Source: Escherichia coli (lineage in GTDB: Bacteria; Pseudomonadota; Gammaproteobacteria; Enterobacterales; Enterobacteriaceae). Taken from it: 64,000 nucleotides of DNA. Of this stretch, positions 35,288 to 45,065 are shown piece after piece (position 1 is the first letter of the stretch; each line of letters begins with the position of its first letter). The DNA lies in assembly GCF_050920415.1 (NCBI RefSeq), contig NZ_CP169309.1, one strand, 5' to 3'. Under the pieces are notes generated by a model, which saw only the letters and a list, made by a program, of their open reading frames with translations, had not been told where the DNA came from and made no database searches. The position numbers and the translations under genes were made by a program.

Positions 35288-36511
35288 TCAATGCGCATGG
35301 GTAGCACTTTCAGAGCGCATCCGCTCCAGTGCGCCAGAAATATTGGCTTCAGAATCAATCAGGAACAGGCCGCTGGAAACCACCTTTTCACCTTCCGCCA
35401 GACCAGAACGTAGCGCGGTGACGCCTTGCGACGCCTGGAAAACAGCAACGCGTTTCGGTACAAAGCGCCCGTCGGCATCAACGGTAATCACCCGCTGTTC
35501 GTTACCAGTATCAATCAGTGCCTGTGACGGAATGAGCAGCATCGGTTCGCTGGCGGTGTTGAGTTGCAACCAGGCGTTCATTCCCGGTTTTAGCGCCTCG
35601 TCGGCGTTGTCGACTTCCAGACGCAGTTGTAGCGTGCGGGTCGCGGCATCCACGCCAGGTAGCAGCGTCCATTTGCGGATGGTGAGTGTTTTATCCGGTC
35701 GTGCCGGAACGGTGAGCGTAAACTGCGAGGCATCTTTCACCAGCCAGGCGATGGACTCCGGGATCGCAGCAGTGACCCACACCGGGTCCATACCCTGAAT
35801 TTTCGCTACCACGTTATCTTTGGCGATATTCATTCCCGCGCGCAGATCAAACGCAGTGATCACGCCATCAATAGGGGCTTTGAGCGTAAAGCGAGTCTGG
35901 ATTTTTTGCGTGGTAATCAGGCGGCGAATATCGGCCTCCGGCATTCCCGCCAGTCTCAGCCGCTCAAGAATGCCTTCAGTCTGGGTCGCCGTCCCGCCGG
36001 TTTCGCGCAGCAGTAAATACTCACTCTGCGCTTCCACCCAGTCGGGAATGGTCAGGTCGAGAAGCGGTGTGCCCTTTTGCACTTTATCGCCCACGGTGAG
36101 CGGATACACCTTGTCGATAAACCCGGCGGCGCGGGCCTGCACAATGGCAAACTGATACTCGTTGTAACTCACATTCGCTGGGAAACTCTGGGCAAAAGTC
36201 AGCGGCCCGCGCGTGACGGTCGCCGTTTTCACCCCCAGATTTTGCGTCTGGGTCGGGTCAATGCGCACACCAGACGCAGAACTCTCTTCATCGGCATATT
36301 TCGGCACCAGATCCATATCCATAAACGGCGATTTACCTGGTTTATCGAACCGCGTATTGGGATACATTGGGTCGTACCAGAATAAGACTTTACGTTCTGC
36401 GGTCGACGTTTTTTCTGCGGGCGGTTCAGCCTTTGCAAACCAGGTAAAACCTGCCGCAGAAATAATACCGCCCGCGATCATGCTGCCGATAATAAGCGCG
36501 ATTTTTTTCAT
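35288..36511 (-). CDS. cusB: copper/silver efflux membrane-fusion protein CusB
   Basis: 407-aa ORF MKKIALIIGSMIAGGIISAAGFTWFAKAEPPAEKTSTAERKVLFWYDPMYP. Confidence 0.93.
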   Translation of the reverse strand: MKKIALIIGSMIAGGIISAAGFTWFAKAEPPAEKTSTAERKVLFWYDPMYPNTRFDKPGKSPFMDMDLVPKYADEESSASGVRIDPTQTQNLGVKTATVTRGPLTFAQSFPANVSYNEYQFAIVQARAAGFIDKVYPLTVGDKVQKGTPLLDLTIPDWVEAQSEYLLLRETGGTATQTEGILERLRLAGMPEADIRRLITTQKIQTRFTLKAPIDGVITAFDLRAGMNIAKDNVVAKIQGMDPVWVTAAIPESIAWLVKDASQFTLTVPARPDKTLTIRKWTLLPGVDAATRTLQLRLEVDNADEALKPGMNAWLQLNTASEPMLLIPSQALIDTGNEQRVITVDADGRFVPKRVAVFQASQGVTALRSGLAEGEKVVSSGLFLIDSEANISGALERMRSESATHAH

Positions 36512-36526
36512 CTCATTAAACCTGGG

Positions 36527-36859
36527 TTACTGGCTGACTTTAATATCCTGTAATAAAGAAAGGTTGCCCTGCTGGACAAAATTAAACGCTACTTTGTCGC
36601 CAGTTTTAATTTCACTCATTTTCGTCTGCGGGGTGATGGTAAAGCGCATGGTCATCTCCGGCCAGTTCACTGCGGCAATCGGATCGTGGTGGATGGTGAT
36701 TTTTTTGCTTTCCAGATCAACACCTTTTACCACACCGGTGGCGCTAATAACCTGTGGTTGTGCTTCGCTCATGGTTTCATGATGATGTTCGTTAGCCTGA
36801 GCATTAAAGCCAATAACAGTAAACAGACTGAACATTGCAACTTGCAGTGCTTTTTTCAT
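36527..36859 (-). CDS. cusF: periplasmic copper/silver chaperone CusF
   Basis: 110-aa ORF with signal peptide MKKALQVAMFSLFTVIGFNAQA and Met/His-rich metal site. Confidence 0.93.
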   Translation of the reverse strand: MKKALQVAMFSLFTVIGFNAQANEHHHETMSEAQPQVISATGVVKGVDLESKKITIHHDPIAAVNWPEMTMRFTITPQTKMSEIKTGDKVAFNFVQQGNLSLLQDIKVSQ

Positions 36860-36882
36860 TTATTCTCTCCTGGAGTTAAAAA

Positions 36883-38265
36883 TTATTGCTGCCAACCGCC
36901 ACCCAGGGCGGTATATAAGGAAACTTCGTTAACCTGACGGGCATAATTCAGGTCGAGTAAAGTTTGTCGGGTTGCAAATAAGGAACGCTCGGCATCCAGC
37001 ACTTCCAGATAACTTACCGCGCCGTGCTGATATAATGCCCGCGCCCGTTGCAAAGTAATTTGCAGCGACGCCAGATAACGCTGCTGGGCGCTGATTTGAT
37101 CGTTCAGGCTTTGACGTAATGCAAGCGCATCTGCCACTTCTTTAAAGGCGTTCTGAATTTTCTGTTCATAATTCACCACCGACTGCTGCTGGCGAATTTC
37201 GGCGATATCCAGATTGGCCTGGTTGCGTCCGGCATTAAAAATGGGGATCTCAATTTTGGGAATAAAATTCCACATCCCGCTGCTGGCGTTAAATAATGAT
37301 GACAGATCGCTGCTGGCGGTTGATATTCCACTGGTCAGGCTTATAGACGGGAAAAATGCCGCACGCGCAGCACCAATATTGGCATTAGCCGCCATTAACG
37401 CGTGTTCAGCTTCCATAATATCCGGGCGCTGCAATAAGATTTGCGACGACAAGCCCGCCGGTAATTTAACGCTTTGCAGGCTGTCGCTGTTTACTGTCTG
37501 CGCTTGCGGCAGCTTGCCGTAGTTTCCCAATAACAGTTGCAATGCATTATTCGCCTGCGCCAGTTCCCCCTGACGTTTAGCGATATCACTGCGGGTACTT
37601 TCTATCACCCCGCGAGCCTGTTCCAGCGCCAGAACATTGCTGCTACCGGTCAACAGTTGTTTTTCAACAAACGCATATGACTGCTGATAATTACGCAGCG
37701 TTTCTTCTGCTATTTGTAATTGCGCATAAGCCAGCTGCTGATTGAAATAGCTTTGCGCGACATTAGAAACCAGCAGAATATGCACCGCACGCTGAGCTTC
37801 CTCAGTGGCTAAATAATTTTGTCGCTCGGCTTCGCTCATGTTCTTTAAGCGACCGAAAAAATCGAGATCAAAGCTGGCGTTAAGGCCAGTCGAGAACTCC
37901 CGCGTCGTGGCTGAATCGCCTTTAAGATTGCCGCTCCAGCTGCCGCTACCCTCGCCATTGAGCTGCGGGTAGCGGTCGGCATCGGTCAGACGATATTGCG
38001 CCCGTGCCTCCTGCACTTTCAGCGTCGCCATGCGCAAATCCCGATTATTCACCAGCGCCTCGCTAATCAGCGTCTTCACCTGATTATCAACAAAAAAGGT
38101 GCGCCAGCCCGCGTTCTGGTAGTTATCTACCGCGTTAACCAGGCCGTTCTGGCTGAGTGAGAACTGCTGCGGCACGGGCATTGCCGGACGCTGATATTCC
38201 GGTGCCAGTGAACAACCGGTTAGCGCAAGGGCCACACAAAATGGCAGAAGTTTACAAGGAGACAT
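36883..38265 (-). CDS. cusC: copper/silver efflux outer-membrane factor CusC
   Basis: 460-aa ORF with lipoprotein signal MSPCKLLPFCVALALTGCSLAPEYQRP; TolC-like OMF; exact start within a few codons unverified. Confidence 0.92.
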   Translation of the reverse strand: MSPCKLLPFCVALALTGCSLAPEYQRPAMPVPQQFSLSQNGLVNAVDNYQNAGWRTFFVDNQVKTLISEALVNNRDLRMATLKVQEARAQYRLTDADRYPQLNGEGSGSWSGNLKGDSATTREFSTGLNASFDLDFFGRLKNMSEAERQNYLATEEAQRAVHILLVSNVAQSYFNQQLAYAQLQIAEETLRNYQQSYAFVEKQLLTGSSNVLALEQARGVIESTRSDIAKRQGELAQANNALQLLLGNYGKLPQAQTVNSDSLQSVKLPAGLSSQILLQRPDIMEAEHALMAANANIGAARAAFFPSISLTSGISTASSDLSSLFNASSGMWNFIPKIEIPIFNAGRNQANLDIAEIRQQQSVVNYEQKIQNAFKEVADALALRQSLNDQISAQQRYLASLQITLQRARALYQHGAVSYLEVLDAERSLFATRQTLLDLNYARQVNEVSLYTALGGGWQQ

Positions 38266-38334
38266 AGGCTCATAATTTCTGGTGATTTTATGCCGCCAAC
38301 TTTACTCGCCAGGCTCTGATTTTCCGGTGACAGG

Positions 38335-38356
38335 AAAATGACAAAATTGTCATTTT
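38335..38356. promoter_or_regulatory. CusR box in the divergent cusC / cusR promoter region
   Basis: Perfect palindrome aaaatgacaaaattgtcatttt, the recognised CusR binding-site pattern AAAATGACAANNTTGTCATTTT. Confidence 0.85.
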
Positions 38357-38421
38357 GCCAATAAGCGATTGCCATCTGATCCCGCTACTCTAGAATTGCC
38401 CGGGCAACATGCGGAGGAAAT

Positions 38422-39105
38422 ATGAAACTGTTGATTGTCGAAGATGAAAAGAAAACCGGCGAATACTTAACCAAAGGGTTAACCGAGGCCGGTTTTGTGG
38501 TTGATTTGGCCGATAACGGGCTGAATGGATACCATCTGGCGATGACAGGTGATTATGACCTGATAATCCTAGATATTATGCTGCCGGACGTGAACGGCTG
38601 GGATATCGTGCGTATGTTGCGTTCCGCCAATAAAGGGATGCCGATTCTGTTGCTTACCGCGCTTGGCACCATTGAACATCGCGTCAAGGGGCTGGAGCTG
38701 GGAGCGGATGACTATCTGGTGAAGCCGTTCGCTTTTGCTGAACTGCTGGCGCGGGTGCGCACTCTACTGCGTCGCGGGGCGGCGGTGATTATCGAAAGTC
38801 AGTTTCAGGTTGCCGATTTAATGGTTGATCTGGTCAGCCGCAAAGTCACCCGCAGCGGCACGCGCATCACTTTGACCAGTAAAGAGTTTACTCTGCTGGA
38901 GTTTTTCCTTCGCCATCAGGGCGAAGTGCTGCCCCGCTCGCTTATCGCCTCGCAGGTGTGGGACATGAATTTCGACAGCGACACTAACGCCATTGATGTG
39001 GCGGTGAAGCGGCTGCGCGGCAAAATCGACAACGACTTTGAGCCGAAGCTGATTCAAACCGTGCGCGGCGTGGGTTACATGCTTGAGGTGCCGGATGGTC
39101 AGTAA
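38422..39105 (+). CDS. cusR: copper-responsive response regulator CusR (OmpR family)
   Basis: 227-aa [43 protein letters not shown]; receiver plus winged-helix domains. Confidence 0.95.
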
Positions 39106-40543
39106 GCCGTTTCAGCGCCCGTTTTCGCTGGCAACCCGCCTGACCTTTTTTATTAGCCTGGCCACCATCGCGGCGTTTTTCGCCTTTGCATGGATCATGA
39201 TCCACTCAGTAAAAGTGCATTTTGCCGAGCAGGATATTAATGATTTAAAAGAGATTAGCGCCACACTTGAACGGGTACTTAATCACCCTGACGAAACGCA
39301 AGCCCGACGCTTAATGACGCTGGAAGATATTGTCAGTGGTTATTCCAATGTGTTGATTTCTCTGGCAGATAGCCACGGTAAAACGGTGTATCACTCCCCC
39401 GGCGCGCCGGATATCCGCGAGTTTGCACGTGATGCCATACCCGATAAAGACGCTCGGGGCGGCGAGGTGTATCTCCTTTCCGGCCCGACAATGATGATGC
39501 CAGGCCACGGTCACGGGCATATGGAACACAGCAACTGGCGGATGATTAACTTGCCGGTTGGCCCGCTGGTGGACGGCAAACCGATTTATACGCTCTACAT
39601 CGCGCTGTCTATTGATTTTCATCTTCATTACATTAATGATTTGATGAATAAACTTATTATGACCGCATCGATCATCAGCATCCTGATCGTCTTTATCGTG
39701 CTGTTGGCGGTACATAAAGGCCACGCGCCAATTCGCAGCGTCAGCCGTCAAATCCAGAACATTACCTCGAAAGATCTCGACGTTCGCCTCGATCCACAGA
39801 CCGTGCCCATTGAACTGGAACAACTGGTGCTGTCGTTCAACCATATGATCGAGCGTATCGAGGATGTCTTTACCCGCCAGTCCAATTTCTGTGCGGATAT
39901 CGCCCACGAAATTCGCACGCCGATTACGAATCTCATAACGCAAACGGAAATCGCCCTCAGCCAGTCGCGCAGCCAGAAGGAGCTGGAAGATGTGCTCTAC
40001 TCTAATCTCGAAGAGCTGACGCGAATGGCGAAAATGGTCAGCGATATGCTGTTTCTCGCTCAGGCCGATAACAACCAGTTAATCCCCGAAAAGAAAATGC
40101 TCAACCTGGCGGATGAAGTTGGTAAAGTGTTCGATTTTTTCGAGGCGTTAGCGGAAGATCGCGGCGTAGCACTACGGTTTGTTGGCGACAAATGTCAGGT
40201 TGCGGGCGATCCGCTGATGCTGCGTCGGGCGCTAAGCAACCTGCTTTCTAACGCCCTGCGTTATACGCCGCCCGGAGAGGCAATTGTAGTGCGCTGTCAA
40301 ACGGTCGATCACCAGGTGCAAGTTACCGTCGAAAACCCCGGTACGCCCATTGCGCCCGAGCACTTACCGCGTTTGTTTGACCGTTTCTACCGCGTTGATC
40401 CTTCCCGCCAGCGAAAAGGTGAAGGTAGCGGTATTGGTCTGGCGATAGTGAAATCAATTGTTGTCGCGCATAAAGGCACGGTTGCGGTAACGTCAGATGC
40501 GCGGGGGACAAGGTTTGTTATCGGGCTACCGGAGAGGGAGTGA
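39095..40543 (+). CDS. cusS: copper-sensing histidine kinase CusS
   Basis: ORF frame 39083-40543; recognised start [31 protein letters not shown] at 39095, overlapping the cusR end; H-box [10 protein letters not shown]. Confidence 0.93.
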
Positions 40544-40758
40544 TTGGTCAGATAATGCAGTGGATGTTAATTGAATTGAGAATTAGCTATTTCGTCACGA
40601 GAAAAAGCGTAAAATCCGTTTCGTGCAGATGGTGAGTTTTATCAGGGTATGGCGGTAGCGCAACTGCCTTCGGATAATATATATAGTGTGAATGTATACC
40701 CCAGATAACTTCACCATCCAAATATATTCTTGAGATTAAAATATCGTATATTAATCGT

Positions 40759-41238
40759 ATGGGTGAAAATCCTGTTAATATTTTAACGAATCATGAGTAC
40801 TATAAAGTGGAAAAAATCATAGAACAGATAAAACCATTTTGGACAAAATATGATTCTTTGTCAGAAAAAGATATGATGTTGTTAGAGTCCAATTTCACGC
40901 ATCGTTTTCCAGAAGATATGAAAGAGTTTTTTCTGTGGTCTAACGGTGGAGCAGGTAAATTTCACAATATTTACATTTCCTTGTGGCCATTAGACGAAAT
41001 CAAGGAATTAAATGATGGTTATTTAATCAATCATTATCTAGGTGAACAGTTCATGGCTTTTGGTTCTGATGGTGGGCCGATATGTTTTTTACTGGATTAT
41101 CGTAATCCAGAACACACCAGAATATCTTCCGTAAATTTTGGTGACCTGGATATAGCTGAAGTAAAACAAATAGCAATTTCATTCGATGTTTTTTTAGAGT
41201 TGGCAGGAAATGGAGAAATTATAAGTAATAATTTATAA
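40759..41238 (+). CDS. SMI1/KNR4 (SUKH-1) family protein, putative toxin-immunity protein
   Basis: 159-aa ORF in AT-rich DNA; motif RFPEDMKEFFLWSNGGAG resembles the Smi1/Knr4 signature; no adjacent toxin gene. Confidence 0.6.
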   Translation: MGENPVNILTNHEYYKVEKIIEQIKPFWTKYDSLSEKDMMLLESNFTHRFPEDMKEFFLWSNGGAGKFHNIYISLWPLDEIKELNDGYLINHYLGEQFMAFGSDGGPICFLLDYRNPEHTRISSVNFGDLDIAEVKQIAISFDVFLELAGNGEIISNNL

Positions 41239-41367
41239 TCAAGTAATTTCCCCTCACGCTGGCGATTGTCGTGGAATGCAGCGAAATTAATTTTATGAAT
41301 AATAAAGTATTAGGGCAGGATTAAGACATAAGATACGGATAAAATTCTCATATACAAAGGATTACGA

Positions 41368-41914
41368 ATGGCAACTGCAAGGATAAATGTTTTTTGCACG
41401 AATGAAGAGCTGTCTGATTGGCTCGCTATTATAGCCTCAAAGTATCAATTACATTCGATTTGGTTTGCGCTACAAGATGAATACTCTCAACAACTAAATA
41501 TTTTAACAGAAAAAAATCCCTGTTGTAGCATATCGAATTTATCTTATGCCCAGCATTAAATCTAACAATAGAAAAATAAAGTTTAGTAGCATTGATCGTT
41601 GTTGTGGTTGGATTGAAATAAAACCGGGGCATTTAGTTGAGCATAACGGGGCAAAGATGTTACAACTTACTGAAATTAACACTACTGATTCTGAGAATAA
41701 ATTAATATGTTTATGCAAAGCCATTAACTGGCTTAAACGACAGATTAAAACCAATGAATTTTCCGGTGTAACGGGAAAGAATAAAATTTATGGTGGAGAA
41801 ACTATTCACCCTCATATTTTCTATACGCATCAAGCCAAATCTCTTTTTTATGATAAAGTAATATGGAAACAAGACTTCCTATTCAATTCTGTATATGAGC
41901 CATTTATTTCATAG
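41368..41914 (+). pseudogene. small unknown protein split by a +1 frameshift at an A7 tract (two ORFs 41368-41559 and 41546-41914)
   Basis: The frame of the second ORF is open from 41507; the two frames would join at the run cagaaaaaaatccc (about 41507-41520); combined product about 185 aa; AT-rich. Confidence 0.45.
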
Positions 41915-42386
41915 TTTTCAGCAAACAATATTAACCACGATGAATATGACTAAAAAAGAAGCATTAGCATTCCTTGCTCTAAATCACCCTATGCCTAATG
42001 ATTATGACATCACACAGGAACTTATCAATAAATATGACGACGTAAGACTTTATTTTTGTGCAAATCCTGCTGAAGAGGCTATCCCATTATTTTTACAATC
42101 CTTTGGGGAAGGTGATGGCTTAGGAGTATATCAGTTGGTTGAAGATTTTTTGTTTAAATGTGATGAAAATATTGTAGTATCCAATATAGCCAGCATACTG
42201 GAAAATCCTCTGACAATAAAAAGCGTCCGATATTGGTGTACATTATTGGCAATGGCTTTCCCGGATAACATCTTAATTAAAGGATTAAATATTTCTCTAC
42301 ATTCTGATGATGAGGATACTCGAGACATGGCTATGTTAAGTTTAAAGATGATTACAGAGGAATATAAAACATTTGAATTCCAATAA
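41895..42386 (+). CDS. hypothetical protein, possible immunity-like protein
   Basis: 163-aa ORF in the same AT-rich island, same strand; alternative starts at 41940 or 41946; no homolog recognised. Confidence 0.45.
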   Translation: MSHLFHSFQQTILTTMNMTKKEALAFLALNHPMPNDYDITQELINKYDDVRLYFCANPAEEAIPLFLQSFGEGDGLGVYQLVEDFLFKCDENIVVSNIASILENPLTIKSVRYWCTLLAMAFPDNILIKGLNISLHSDDEDTRDMAMLSLKMITEEYKTFEFQ

Positions 42387-42413
42387 TTCCCCCTTGCATA
42401 AAAGATCACCATC

Positions 42414-42503
42414 ATGACAAAAACACAAGCAAAGTTGCTTATTTATAAAGCATTTGTTATTTTAACGTTCTTTATTTCCTGGTTGAATATTAAACTTAAT
42501 TAA
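42414..42503 (+). CDS. candidate 29-aa hydrophobic small protein (MTKTQAKLLIYKAFVILTFFISWLNIKLN)
   Basis: Short ORF below the track cut-off, read directly from the sequence; single predicted transmembrane segment; weak ribosome-binding context. Confidence 0.2.
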   Translation: MTKTQAKLLIYKAFVILTFFISWLNIKLN

Positions 42504-42827
42504 TCTAAAGAGAAATGAAGTTAGCCTTCCTGTACCCACAGCAACGCCGTCTTTTTGTTCAGCACGGGGAAAATGTTCTCCCCTGCTCACCTCCTCCAGG
42601 CACTTCCACAACATGATGACCTGATCGGTTGCCGCCTATCCTCCTCACTATGACCTTCACCTCCGCGCTTTTGTCTACATTCTACACAATCGGCAACTTT
42701 TATAACCAGTGTAAAAATAACGTGCCGCAATAATCCTACCTATTAATGATAAAAAGCTGTCACAATTCATAAAAAACTTTAATATACGCCACCCTAAACA
42801 TAACCAGCGTTAATGTAAGGTTTTTGT

Positions 42828-45065
42828 GTGGACTGGCTTCTTGATGTTTTTGCAACCTGGCTCTACGGCTTAAAAGTAATCGCGATAACGTTAGCGGTCA
42901 TCATGTTCATCAGCGGGCTGGACGATTTTTTTATTGATGTCGTCTACTGGGTACGCCGCATTAAACGCAAGTTGAGTGTTTATCGCCGCTACCCGCGAAT
43001 GAGTTACCGCGAACTGTATAAACCAGATGAAAAACCGTTAGCGATTATGGTTCCGGCGTGGAATGAAACGGGCGTCATCGGCAATATGGCCGAGCTGGCG
43101 GCGACCACGCTCGACTATGAAAACTATCATATCTTTGTTGGCACCTACCCCAACGACCCAGATACTCAGCGTGATGTTGACGAAGTGTGCGCTCGCTTCC
43201 CAAACGTGCATAAGGTAGTCTGCGCGCGTCCTGGCCCCACCAGTAAAGCCGACTGCCTGAACAATGTGCTGGACGCCATCACCCAGTTTGAGCGTAGCGC
43301 CAATTTCGCTTTTGCTGGTTTTATTCTGCATGACGCCGAAGACGTAATTTCACCGATGGAATTGCGTCTGTTCAACTATCTGGTCGAGCGTAAAGATCTG
43401 ATTCAGATCCCGGTATACCCATTCGAACGCGAATGGACGCACTTCACCAGCATGACTTACATTGATGAGTTTTCAGAACTGCATGGCAAAGATGTTCCGG
43501 TGCGTGAAGCCCTCGCCGGACAAGTGCCCAGCGCAGGCGTCGGCACCTGTTTCAGCCGCCGCGCCGTGACTGCACTGTTAGCTGACGGTGACGGTATCGC
43601 TTTCGACGTGCAGAGTCTGACTGAAGATTACGACATTGGTTTCCGCCTGAAAGAAAAAGGTATGACGGAAATTTTTGTCCGTTTTCCGGTGGTGGACGAA
43701 GCCAAAGAACGCGAGCAGCGTAAATTTTTACAGCACGCGCGGACATCAAACATGATCTGCGTGCGCGAATATTTCCCCGATACCTTTTCAACGGCGGTTC
43801 GGCAAAAGTCTCGCTGGATTATCGGCATTGTTTTCCAGGGCTTTAAAACCCATAAATGGACCTCCAGCCTGACACTCAACTACTTTCTCTGGCGTGACCG
43901 CAAAGGGGCAATCAGTAACTTTGTCAGCTTCCTCGCGATGCTGGTGATGATCCAGCTTTTGCTGTTGCTGGCGTATGAAAGTTTCTGGCCCGATGCCTGG
44001 CATTTCCTTTCTATTTTTAGCGGCAGCGCATGGTTAATGACCCTGCTGTGGCTAAACTTTGGCCTGATGGTTAACCGTATCGTACAGCGGGTGATTTTCG
44101 TCACTGGCTACTATGGCCTGACGCAGGGGCTGTTATCTGTCCTGCGTCTTTTCTGGGGCAACCTGATTAACTTCATGGCCAACTGGCGCGCGTTAAAACA
44201 GGTACTTCAACACGGCGATCCACGTCGTGTCGCGTGGGATAAAACAACGCATGACTTCCCCAGCGTGACTGGCGATACCCGCTCGTTGCGTCCGTTAGGT
44301 CAAATCCTGCTGGAAAATCAGGTCATCACTGAAGAACAACTCGATACAGCACTGCGTAATCGCGTCGAAGGTCTACGCCTGGGCGGTTCAATGCTGATGC
44401 AGGGGCTGATTAGCGCCGAGCAGCTGGCACAGGCGCTAGCAGAGCAAAACGGCGTGGCGTGGGAGTCCATCGATGCCTGGCAGATCCCTTCTTCGCTGAT
44501 TGCCGCGATGCCGGCCTCCGTGGCGCTGCATTATGCGGTGCTACCGCTGCGTCTGGAAAATGATGAGTTAATTGTCGGCAGTGAAGATGGTATTGACCCG
44601 GTTTCGCTGGCAGCCCTGACGCGTAAAGTCGGACGCAAAGTGCGTTACGTCATTGTTCTGCGTGGACAAATTGTCACGGGGTTACGTCACTGGTATGCAC
44701 GCCGACGCGGTCACGATCCGCGGGCAATGTTGTACAATGCGGTTCAGCATCAGTGGCTCACGGAACAGCAGGCCGGTGAAATCTGGCGGCAATATGTGCC
44801 GCATCAGTTCCTGTTCGCCGAAATACTGACCACGCTCGGTCATATTAATCGTTCAGCAATTAACGTGTTGTTATTGCGCCATGAACGCAGTTCTCTGCCG
44901 CTCGGCAAGTTTTTGGTCACCGAAGGCGTTATCAGCCAGGAAACGTTGGATCGCGTCCTGACAATTCAACGCGAATTACAAGTTTCGATGCAATCACTAT
45001 TACTCAAAGCAGGTTTAAACACAGAACAGGTTGCGCAACTGGAGTCCGAAAATGAAGGAGAATAA
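42828..45065 (+). CDS. nfrB: bacteriophage N4 adsorption protein B (inner-membrane glycosyltransferase NfrB)
   Basis: 745-aa ORF from GTG 42828, MDWLLDVFATWLYGLKVIAITLAVIMFISGLDDFFIDVVYW; GT2-like core. Confidence 0.93.
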   Translation: MDWLLDVFATWLYGLKVIAITLAVIMFISGLDDFFIDVVYWVRRIKRKLSVYRRYPRMSYRELYKPDEKPLAIMVPAWNETGVIGNMAELAATTLDYENYHIFVGTYPNDPDTQRDVDEVCARFPNVHKVVCARPGPTSKADCLNNVLDAITQFERSANFAFAGFILHDAEDVISPMELRLFNYLVERKDLIQIPVYPFEREWTHFTSMTYIDEFSELHGKDVPVREALAGQVPSAGVGTCFSRRAVTALLADGDGIAFDVQSLTEDYDIGFRLKEKGMTEIFVRFPVVDEAKEREQRKFLQHARTSNMICVREYFPDTFSTAVRQKSRWIIGIVFQGFKTHKWTSSLTLNYFLWRDRKGAISNFVSFLAMLVMIQLLLLLAYESFWPDAWHFLSIFSGSAWLMTLLWLNFGLMVNRIVQRVIFVTGYYGLTQGLLSVLRLFWGNLINFMANWRALKQVLQHGDPRRVAWDKTTHDFPSVTGDTRSLRPLGQILLENQVITEEQLDTALRNRVEGLRLGGSMLMQGLISAEQLAQALAEQNGVAWESIDAWQIPSSLIAAMPASVALHYAVLPLRLENDELIVGSEDGIDPVSLAALTRKVGRKVRYVIVLRGQIVTGLRHWYARRRGHDPRAMLYNAVQHQWLTEQQAGEIWRQYVPHQFLFAEILTTLGHINRSAINVLLLRHERSSLPLGKFLVTEGVISQETLDRVLTIQRELQVSMQSLLLKAGLNTEQVAQLESENEGE

